DNA of 64,000 bases from an uncultured Lentisphaerales bacterium (lineage in GTDB: Bacteria > Verrucomicrobiota > Lentisphaeria > JABSQK01 > JAJFLO01), in assembly GCA_964615975.1 (NCBI GenBank), contig CAZTTH010000008.1:13814-77813 (forward strand). The letters are read 5' to 3'. Below, in pieces: positions 9,972 through 17,537 of this stretch (positions within the stretch are counted from its first letter, which is position 1; every line of letters starts with the position of its first letter). The notes beneath the pieces are model-generated. The model was not told the DNA's origin. It saw only the letters and a program-made list of their open reading frames with translations, and did not search any database. Position numbers and translations under genes: made by a program.

Positions 9972-10125
9972 ACCTGTCCTTTGCCCTGTCGAGTTTATAG
10001 AAGATCAGTGCCAATCTTGCCAGGTTAACCTGCAAATCAAATGCTGTCGTCTGAACTGCTTTCTGCTCATCGCCAGTCAGGCGTGCAAGGCTATCGGTGA
10101 AGGTGGCGGCGATACGGAATTCCAT
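9972..10125 (-). pseudogene. Relic 5' fragment of a helicase homolog (ATG + 32 conserved codons, then divergent, stop after 50 codons)
   Basis: Translation MEFRIAATFTDSLARLTGDEQKAVQTTAFDLQ then VNLARLALIFYKLDRAKDR*. It differs from the intact helicase N-terminus at only 2 of 32 residues. Confidence 0.55.
10030..10125. repeat. Direct repeat copy 2 of the helicase 5' end
   Basis: See 7767-7862. Confidence 0.7.
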
Positions 10126-10242
10126 TTCTTATTTCTAAACTTATTTATTTTATTTATAAATTTTTATTTTCAAAACAAGCGTTTTTGCAATGAGTTATGA
10201 TTTTCTTATAAATATTTTTTTATTAAAATCGCTGTTTTATTT
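10126..10242 (-). promoter_or_regulatory. Strongly AT-rich intergenic block, candidate promoter region for the cassette/helicase transcription unit
   Basis: About 115 bp almost devoid of G/C. Contains a TTGCAA...TAAAAAT-like arrangement on the minus strand and duplicated TTTATTTCTAAA words at both edges. Confidence 0.3.
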
Positions 10243-11898
10243 CTAAATAAGATGCCATTTCGGGTATTTTCGCGATCCTTCATTCCGGATTAAGTCCTCC
10301 CTTGCCATCGACTGAATCAGGTTAGTTACTTTGTTACGTTTCCGATCATCATCCAGGACATCAGATAATTTGCTGAATAAGAGCTTATCGATATCCTGGC
10401 GTGTGGCATGGCCATACTTCCGAATGAATTCCAGAATCATCTGCTTGTAATGTGCATCGTCGAAAGCGCGGTTTTTTATATACTGTGCTTTATCTCCAGT
10501 GGCCGAGGCGATATGCGCTGCCACGTATAGATTGGGATAACGGCCTTCAATAAGTTTATCATTTCGTAGCATATTCGCTTCATCTTTGGATACTGCTTGT
10601 CGTTTCTGAATTCGGTCTAATAAAATCACTTTGCTCAGCGGCAAATCTTTCTGATCCATAAGCATGACGGTGTAATTAGGGTCAATCACCTGGCCATGTA
10701 TGGTTACGATTACTTTACCCGGTGTCGATAGATTGAAATCGGGTAACGGATAAAATCGCTTGCGTTGCTCCTGGAACATCCGTCGAATGCCATATCCCAT
10801 GGTATCGATCATATTCACATTCACCATGGCGTCTGCGAGAAAACGATTACGATAGCGCTCTGGGGTCTTTTCCCGCAACGTATAATCCTCAAGCCCACCT
10901 TCGAAAAAATCTCCCGCACTCTCAAATACCAAACGATCAGGTCGCTCCGCGACAATTATCCGCGCTTGCTGGCGGTAATCCTGATGGGCAATCGCATTAT
11001 GCATTGCTTCCAGTACCACCCATTTTTCATACTTGGGGACTTCAAATGGAACCAGTTGACCGGGGACATCAAGCTTTTGCATGGTATTACGAATCCGGGC
11101 ATAACATTCACTGGTAGTCAGGAGAAATGGCGGACTGAAGTGTTCGTATGCCTGTTCCGTTCCTTCCAGTTTCCAGGTGATTTGCGCTACTGCCGGTTCC
11201 AGATGATAAGCCGCTTCTTCTCGCCCCAGCAACAGCAGACATGCACGGGTAATCGCGCCGTTCTTTGTCAATTTGGCTTTATCCAGCAATGTCGTATTCG
11301 ACCATGAATCAATCTCTCCGGCAAAGTACTTGTTTCGATTTTTATCACGAAAGTTCCGCCGAGCCGCCACGATTGCCTCCGAATTCAAGTCGTCAATAGT
11401 GGCTTGTGAACAGATTTCTGCTGACCAATCATCAAGCACTGCTTGTGACCGAATCTGCTCCAACTCATGAAGACTTAAGGCGACCAGCGACTCCCCATCG
11501 CGACCATACCAATGCCCTTTGAAGGAGACCGGCAACCCGGGCGGCGCCGCGGGAACCTGAAACATAATGACCCGGCCAGCGGCATGATACGCAATGTGAA
11601 TATCGATAAAACTCATGCGATTGGTTTGATTGGCAATTTCATGTTTAAGGCTATTCAAATAGTCTGCTTTGTCGCGATAACGACTCCCACAAATGCTCCG
11701 ATCATCATTGGCGATGCCGAACACCAGCCAGCCACAGGGTTGATGCTTGAGGTTTGCTTCATTCGCCAACGCTGAAAAATATTGCCCCAGTTTATCGAAG
11801 GAGAAATCATTTTTCGCTTCTTTGAACTCCACCCATTCCGTTTCATGGGGAAGCTGTCGTAGTTCATCAAGTTTATCAAGTAATTGCTGATTCGTCAT
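10243..11898 (-). CDS. AlbA_2 (Schlafen-like) DNA-binding + HATPase_c_4 ATP-binding protein of the RM-associated 'RecG-like C-terminal' type
   Basis: 551 aa with a typical N-terminus (LPHETEWVEFKEAK). Its ATG overlaps the mod stop as ATGA. Confidence 0.6.
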   Translation of the reverse strand: MTNQQLLDKLDELRQLPHETEWVEFKEAKNDFSFDKLGQYFSALANEANLKHQPCGWLVFGIANDDRSICGSRYRDKADYLNSLKHEIANQTNRMSFIDIHIAYHAAGRVIMFQVPAAPPGLPVSFKGHWYGRDGESLVALSLHELEQIRSQAVLDDWSAEICSQATIDDLNSEAIVAARRNFRDKNRNKYFAGEIDSWSNTTLLDKAKLTKNGAITRACLLLLGREEAAYHLEPAVAQITWKLEGTEQAYEHFSPPFLLTTSECYARIRNTMQKLDVPGQLVPFEVPKYEKWVVLEAMHNAIAHQDYRQQARIIVAERPDRLVFESAGDFFEGGLEDYTLREKTPERYRNRFLADAMVNVNMIDTMGYGIRRMFQEQRKRFYPLPDFNLSTPGKVIVTIHGQVIDPNYTVMLMDQKDLPLSKVILLDRIQKRQAVSKDEANMLRNDKLIEGRYPNLYVAAHIASATGDKAQYIKNRAFDDAHYKQMILEFIRKYGHATRQDIDKLLFSKLSDVLDDDRKRNKVTNLIQSMAREDLIRNEGSRKYPKWHLI

Positions 11899-14800
11899 GG
11901 GTTCACCCGGAATACCTTCATTACCTCGTCTCCAAGATGGTTGATTACTTTGATGGCGATGCGGCCGGACTTCGGCTTCTCGAATGGGCGGGAGGTGTCA
12001 CTGTTCAGAGTGGCCCAGGCGTCGGCGTTGATCTCGGCTTTGAGAGTGGTCTTGAGGGCGCTGTAGGGATCGTTGGCGCCAAGGAAATATGCATGGCGGA
12101 CAAAGAAGCTTTCTTCATTGTAATCGGTGTCGATGAACCAGCAGGCAATGCCATCGGTATTGCAGCTTTCTACTTCACCGGTTTGGGGTTTGAAGACATC
12201 CACTCCATTTACAGTGACCTGGAAATAGTGGCGAGTGGTCAGGGGAGAGTGGATAGCGATTTGATCAATGCGTTTAGCATTTTGTTGATCTTGGCACAAT
12301 TGTTCAATAAGTTTTCGCAGTCCTTCCTGGAAAGAAGTTCCAGCCTTTCGGACAAGATCAGAAAGGTTTCCAACTCCGCCAGCGATCCCCGCGCAATGCC
12401 AAGCGATTGTAGAAACTCCCCCGTGCTCCTGCGGGCCTGCCCTTCGGCGATGTTTGCCGGGACGGAGGTCACTGCCCGTCGCATTTGTGATGTAATCCCA
12501 TATCTCTCGGCGGCAGGAAAGCTGCGCGTAATCGCGTAGGTCTGCACCGCCAAGTCGATTGATTTCTGCCAGACTATTAACTCCCGATATGAGCTTATAG
12601 ATTTCATAAGGTGCTATTCTCCTTTCTGAACTATCCACTAACCACTCTTCACTTGCCACTTCAATATCAGGTTCCCCGAATATCACAAACAAGTTGCCTT
12701 TGCCGGTGTTCTTGAGATCTTCAGCCATGTGGAGGTCGGCGTTCATGCGGGCTTTGAGCACTGGGATGCGGCCCAGCTTCTTGAATTCGGTGGTGTGCGC
12801 TTCGTAGTTAAAAGCGCAGACGATCAAGACATCAAACCCGGCATCGCCGGCTTCGCGGGCGGCGGCGACGAGATCGGCGCGCTGGACGGTGCCGAACTCG
12901 GGGCCGATGAAGATTCCAGCACGGATTTCCGTGCCGGAATCAGTGGATAGTGAGGAGTGGTTAATGGCATATTTTTCTTGTTGATCACCCTTCACTAACC
13001 ACTCACCACTTGCTTCAAACCGCCCTTCGGCGCAGACCAATTCGCCCGGCCAGGGAACCAACGAGGTGAAAGTGATCCGATCCTCCTTGTGCGCCTGCTG
13101 CACCCCTGCGGTCTTGAGGTTTTCCAGAACCATCTGGGGGAATGACTGCTTTCCATATTCGACACCGCCTTCCAACATGGTGTCGATCAATTCGTCGTCC
13201 TCGTCGACCCCGAGCACACGATGAGGTGAAAGACTCTCCACGGTGAAGGGACCGGCGACGCGGACTGTCTTCTTGTCCTCATAGGGTTTGTCGTAGAGAT
13301 ATTCGACATCAGCCTTGGCGGAAATCGACGCATCAATTTCCTTTTGGCGGGCAATTCGTTTGTGCCACCAGTCGGAATGCAGCTTCAGAATGTGGGACAG
13401 ACATTCTTGTCTGTCTTTAGGGGGGAGTTTGGCGGTGGAAGAAGCAGACAGGAATGTCTGCTCCACACTGGCAGATTCGCGCGGAATTTCCCATTCTTCC
13501 CATTTCATATTAAGCGCGGTATTGAGCTCTGCTCGAAGAAATTCCAGCTCTGGTTGGAATTTCTCCCAGATAACATCGATCTCGGCGTTGTTGGCGATGG
13601 ACTTGAGCGTGATGTGTGGCACACGTTCATAGACGAAGCCGTGGCGGATGTTCCCCTGCACCGGTTGCGAACTTGGGGCGGTGCGAGTGACTTCGGCTTC
13701 CTTGAGCTGACCTTCAATGGAATCGACTAGTAGGTAAAAGGGATACCGTGCGCCCATGATGCGAGCACGGGCCAATGCCAGCGCCACGCGTGAGGTGTCG
13801 ATCGTGATCCAACGGCGCCCCCATTGCTCGGCGACGGTGGCGGTGGTACCAGAACCGCAGGTCGGGTCAAGTACGAGGTCACCGGGATCGGTGGCCAAGA
13901 GAAGGCATCGTTTTATTGCTTCTGTAGCAGTCTGAACGACAAAAATCTTTGGATCTGCACGGCTTTGAATGCCCCCGATATCATCCCAGACGTTTGAAAG
14001 TGTATGAACGGGAAAATCTTCAATGTAGCGAACGTAATTTAATATCTGCTTGCTCGGAGAAATACGATTTGCCAATTCGAGTCTGGCCATGCCATTGGGT
14101 GTTGTCTTCCAACTGCCTTGGTGTTCGCAGTTTCGTAGTGTCACTAACACTACTGGGTTTGCTTCTGACGTTGTCTTGTCGAGACGGAAAATTCGTGACG
14201 CGGGCGGGAAGGCATCAGGGAATTTTTCACTCGCTTGTTTTAGTGTAATTCTTGTTCCATCTGGTAGTTCGACTCCGTTGTATTTTGTGCCGCCATGTTC
14301 TCCTGGTCTCTTCTCGGCGTACAGATGCCGTGCTTTCGCATGGGTCTTATGCTTTGCGAACCAGAGAATGAAATCGCATTTGTTATTCACGAAGTCTTGA
14401 ACAAGACCTCCTGTCTTTACGAATGTGATTTGGCTGACACAATTCTCTTCTCCGAAGACCTCATCCATCACTGCCCGGACACGGTGAACATTTTCATCGC
14501 CGATCTGGACGAAGATGGAGCCGGAATCTGTTAACAAGTCACGGGCCACTGTCAACCGGTCCCGCAGGTAGGTAAGGTAGCTATGGATGCCTTCGCGCCA
14601 GGTATCGCGAAAGGCTTTAACTTGTTCGGGTTCACGTGTAATATGATCAACCTTGCCGTCCTTCACATCACGGCTGGTGGTGGACCACTGGAAATTGCTA
14701 TTGAACTTGATGCCATAAGGCGGATCGATATAGATGCACTGCACCTTGCCGCGCAACCCCTCGCGCTCGGCCAGGCTGGCCATGACCTGGAGGGAGTCGC

Positions 14801-15215
14801 CGAGGATCATGCGGTTGGACCAATTCTGATCGTGTTGATAGAACTCAGTCTTGTCCACGCCCTGAGGAATGCCATTAAAATCCGCGAATAAGTCTGGCTG
14901 CCACGATTCGGTGGAGTGATTAGTGGATAGTGAAGAGTGGCGCAGTAGATCGTCAATCAATACCTTGGGGTGAATTTTCTCCTGAATGTATAACGGCGGG
15001 GCATGGACAACGAGATCGCTCCAGTCCTGTTCATCCTTGCCGCGCCAAACGAGTTGGGGATCGAGATCGGTGTTGCGGGGATAACGCACCTGCTTGGGGT
15101 TCTGCTGCTCCTTCTCCAGCACCGACTGGTATTCGGCGGTGGGAATGTTCTTGCGCGTCGCGTCGTCGTGCTTGAGTGTTTCGACTGTCTTGGTTTTATT
15201 GTTTGCATTGGCCAT
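11895..15215 (-). CDS. mod: Type III-like N6-adenine DNA methyltransferase (Mod), long form (~1100 aa); ORF stays open across a nested four-helix-bundle gene
   Basis: Motif IV DPPYG precedes motif I DPTCGSGTT (beta-class order). The C-terminus ..GRIAIKVINHLGDEVMKVFRVNP matches the family. I prefer the ATG at 15215 (MANANNK) over the track's TTG at 15230. Confidence 0.7.
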   Translation of the reverse strand: MANANNKTKTVETLKHDDATRKNIPTAEYQSVLEKEQQNPKQVRYPRNTDLDPQLVWRGKDEQDWSDLVVHAPPLYIQEKIHPKVLIDDLLRHSSLSTNHSTESWQPDLFADFNGIPQGVDKTEFYQHDQNWSNRMILGDSLQVMASLAEREGLRGKVQCIYIDPPYGIKFNSNFQWSTTSRDVKDGKVDHITREPEQVKAFRDTWREGIHSYLTYLRDRLTVARDLLTDSGSIFVQIGDENVHRVRAVMDEVFGEENCVSQITFVKTGGLVQDFVNNKCDFILWFAKHKTHAKARHLYAEKRPGEHGGTKYNGVELPDGTRITLKQASEKFPDAFPPASRIFRLDKTTSEANPVVLVTLRNCEHQGSWKTTPNGMARLELANRISPSKQILNYVRYIEDFPVHTLSNVWDDIGGIQSRADPKIFVVQTATEAIKRCLLLATDPGDLVLDPTCGSGTTATVAEQWGRRWITIDTSRVALALARARIMGARYPFYLLVDSIEGQLKEAEVTRTAPSSQPVQGNIRHGFVYERVPHITLKSIANNAEIDVIWEKFQPELEFLRAELNTALNMKWEEWEIPRESASVEQTFLSASSTAKLPPKDRQECLSHILKLHSDWWHKRIARQKEIDASISAKADVEYLYDKPYEDKKTVRVAGPFTVESLSPHRVLGVDEDDELIDTMLEGGVEYGKQSFPQMVLENLKTAGVQQAHKEDRITFTSLVPWPGELVCAEGRFEASGEWLVKGDQQEKYAINHSSLSTDSGTEIRAGIFIGPEFGTVQRADLVAAAREAGDAGFDVLIVCAFNYEAHTTEFKKLGRIPVLKARMNADLHMAEDLKNTGKGNLFVIFGEPDIEVASEEWLVDSSERRIAPYEIYKLISGVNSLAEINRLGGADLRDYAQLSCRREIWDYITNATGSDLRPGKHRRRAGPQEHGGVSTIAWHCAGIAGGVGNLSDLVRKAGTSFQEGLRKLIEQLCQDQQNAKRIDQIAIHSPLTTRHYFQVTVNGVDVFKPQTGEVESCNTDGIACWFIDTDYNEESFFVRHAYFLGANDPYSALKTTLKAEINADAWATLNSDTSRPFEKPKSGRIAIKVINHLGDEVMKVFRVNP
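12239..12607 (-). CDS. Four-helix-bundle protein (TIGR02436 / '23S rRNA intervening-sequence protein' family), nested inside the mod ORF in a different frame
   Basis: ELIVWQKSIDLA..FP..ERYGITSQMRRAVTSVPANIAEGQARRSTGEFLQSLGIARGSLAELETFLILS.. is an unmistakable family signature. It has its own SD (aaaggag). Confidence 0.75.
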   Translation of the reverse strand: MKSISSYRELIVWQKSIDLAVQTYAITRSFPAAERYGITSQMRRAVTSVPANIAEGQARRSTGEFLQSLGIARGSLAELETFLILSERLELLSRKDCENLLNNCAKINKMLNALIKSLSTLP

Positions 15216-15376
15216 GTTATTAAATCCCAAAATCAGGTTGTTGTCTACATTTATTCGGCCCGCTAATCACGCAAAACACACGAATGTTCAGTTCTCAGTT
15301 AAGAATGAAGGCTGATTTGCTTGGATTGAATATTCGTGTCGTTCGTCTGATTCGTGGTTAAATTTGAACGGTGGTG

Positions 15377-15436
15377 AACGGAGGGCGGGTTTTCCAACCC
15401 GCCAAACAAGGCGGACAGGAATGTCCGCCCTCCGTT
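15377..15436 (-). promoter_or_regulatory. Structured element between the RHH gene and mod with mutually exclusive hairpins
   Basis: aacggagggcgg...ccgccctccgtt (12-bp inverted repeat) encloses the ggcgggtt-ttcc-aacccgcc and ggcggaca-ggaa-tgtccgcc stem-loops. On the mRNA strand the second loop is followed by TTGTTT. Confidence 0.35.
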
Positions 15437-15473
15437 ATCCTCAAAATCGATACCTGAGTTGTTACAATATATT

Positions 15474-15707
15474 TTATATTTTGCCATCGCGTTTCAATTC
15501 GATAATCATGTCCTCAAACGAAACTAATGGTTCATCCGCGCGCATATCGAAGGCGGCTAAATCCTCTGTATCCTCCGCCAGCGACAATATTACCGCTTCA
15601 TTAACGAGGTCGGACATCGATCTTGATGTATCAATGGACTTTTGCTGTAATGCTTTATGAATATCCGGTTTTAGGTAAATAGTGGAACGTTTTGATAATA
15701 CTGTCAT
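15474..15707 (-). CDS. Ribbon-helix-helix (CopG/antitoxin-like) DNA-binding protein, 77 aa
   Basis: TIYLKPDIHKALQQKSIDTSRSMSDLVNEAV is an RHH-like beta-alpha-alpha N-terminus. No adjacent toxin ORF. Confidence 0.45.
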   Translation of the reverse strand: MTVLSKRSTIYLKPDIHKALQQKSIDTSRSMSDLVNEAVILSLAEDTEDLAAFDMRADEPLVSFEDMIIELKRDGKI

Positions 15708-15777
15708 ATGATAACCTCCATGATTTTATTGATTGAACAATTATAACGTTACATTACCAATCGTGGAATGAAAAATT

Positions 15778-16350
15778 TCAAACTGCCAATCGGTCAGTGA
15801 CTACATCATCGATCATCTTGTTGAACTCGGCTTCAACCTTTTTAGTAAAATCCGCCTCGATCTGATAAACCATGCGTTCGCTCGCCCGGATTTCGCAGAC
15901 CTCTTCAAGCAGTTCCTCGAAGTATCGCCGGTCGAAACGAGTGCCGTGTTTAAAGCGGTCGGAATCGATAGCGAAACCTTTGAGGATGTAGTCCTTTAAC
16001 CGATCGGTAGCCCAGGTACGAAATTGGGTCGCTCGCACGCTTTTGACGCGATACCCAACAGCTATGATCGCTTCGAGGCTGTAAAGCTTCGTACGATACT
16101 GCTTGCCATCAGCGGCAGTTACCGAGGATTCCTCGGTAACTGCTGATTCGATTAGTTCTTGATCGGCGAAAATATTCTTTAAATGCAAGGAGATATTGTC
16201 GGTGGAACACTCATAAAGTTCGGCTATGAGTTTCTGGGTGAGCCAAACATTTTCGTTCTCGAAGCGAACTTCAACGCGAGCCCGCCCATCTTCACTTGCG
16301 AAGATGGTGATATTGTCGATGCGTATAGGTTGCGAATTTTTAGACATCAT
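15778..16350 (-). CDS. RhuM-family virulence-associated protein
   Basis: NISLHLKNIF..YSLEAIIAVGYRVKSVRATQFRTWAT block. Overlaps the fic stop by 1 nt. Confidence 0.6.
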   Translation of the reverse strand: MMSKNSQPIRIDNITIFASEDGRARVEVRFENENVWLTQKLIAELYECSTDNISLHLKNIFADQELIESAVTEESSVTAADGKQYRTKLYSLEAIIAVGYRVKSVRATQFRTWATDRLKDYILKGFAIDSDRFKHGTRFDRRYFEELLEEVCEIRASERMVYQIEADFTKKVEAEFNKMIDDVVTDRLAV

Positions 16351-17435
16351 TAACTTCCTTCCTGCATGGATTCTCTGGTCAAAATAGCATTCAAGGCGGT
16401 GTTAATGTAGTAATTAGTCCGCCCTATTTTTTGTTTTTTAAGGAAGCCGCCGCCGGTCAACGCATCGAGATATTTGGTGGCGGTGAGGCGCGACACCTTC
16501 AGATCACGTTCGACGAATTCGATCTTGGTATAGGGGTGGGTAAACAGGTTATTGATCAGATCCTGACTGTAAAACTTGTACTCCGCGCGAATACGGTGCT
16601 TCGCATCCATCAACGCCGCATTAATGGCATGGATGGTTTCGATGGCATCACCGGCGGTTGATTCAATGGCGGTAAGCAGGTAAAGCACCCACTCTTCCCA
16701 TGCATCGTTTTCGCGAACACTCTGAAGCAGTCGATAATAATCCGGTTTGGTGCGGACGATGTGGCGGCTGAGATATAGCACCGGGATATCGAGCAGACCT
16801 TCCTTCACCAAGTAAAGCACATTAACGATGCGGCCGGTGCGGCCATTGCCATCATAGAACGGGTGGATACTTTCAAACTGGTGATGGATCAACGCCATTT
16901 TAATGAGCGGGTCAGCGGCAAATAAATCACGATCATTGATGAAACGCTCAAGATCGCGCATGAGCGCGATAATGGTATCTGGATCTTGCGGCGGCATATA
17001 GATCGCCTGACCAGAGCCATCTTTCAACACAGTCCCTGGCAGTTTGCGGAAACCGGCGTTGTTTTGCTCCAGCTCTACCTGAATCTGAATGATATGGTTG
17101 ATGGTAAGCAGACCACTTTGTTGCACTAGATCGAATCCAACCCGTAAAGCCTGGCGATACCGTAGTACCTCCTTGGCGGCGCCATGGTGCAAGTTCTCGG
17201 GAAAAAGGTCATCTTTATATAATTCGTCATGAGTGGTCACGATGTTTTCTATGGCCGAACTATCCTTGGCCTCCTGTATTCCCAGAGTGTTGATGAGTAT
17301 CCCCTGGTTAGGAATGGAGGCGGCGACTCCCTTGAGTTCAGCTAGTTTACGACTTGTTAAAGCCAATTTTTTAAGGATAACGGGAGTATCGAATCTTATC
17401 GACGGCAAACGATCTAATGGCAGAATGGTGGTCAT
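16350..17435 (-). CDS. Fic/Doc family protein (AMPylation-type; motif HPFYDGNGRTGR) with a C-terminal wHTH-like region
   Basis: Canonical Fic motif HPFxDGNGRxxR was read in the translation. Confidence 0.85.
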   Translation of the reverse strand: MTTILPLDRLPSIRFDTPVILKKLALTSRKLAELKGVAASIPNQGILINTLGIQEAKDSSAIENIVTTHDELYKDDLFPENLHHGAAKEVLRYRQALRVGFDLVQQSGLLTINHIIQIQVELEQNNAGFRKLPGTVLKDGSGQAIYMPPQDPDTIIALMRDLERFINDRDLFAADPLIKMALIHHQFESIHPFYDGNGRTGRIVNVLYLVKEGLLDIPVLYLSRHIVRTKPDYYRLLQSVRENDAWEEWVLYLLTAIESTAGDAIETIHAINAALMDAKHRIRAEYKFYSQDLINNLFTHPYTKIEFVERDLKVSRLTATKYLDALTGGGFLKKQKIGRTNYYINTALNAILTRESMQEGS

Positions 17436-17537
17436 GTTATCCCCTTAACCCCTTGTCGATATGTATATAAAAATAGCGTTTTCTATACATATGGCGCACA
17501 ATGTGTATAGGATATGGCAAGATTGTATACGGATTAT

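Noticed and set aside
15216-15230. TTG start giving a 1111-aa Mod
   Set aside because: An in-frame ATG at 15215 (MANANNK...) is a more plausible initiator, and the five extra residues from the TTG have no support.
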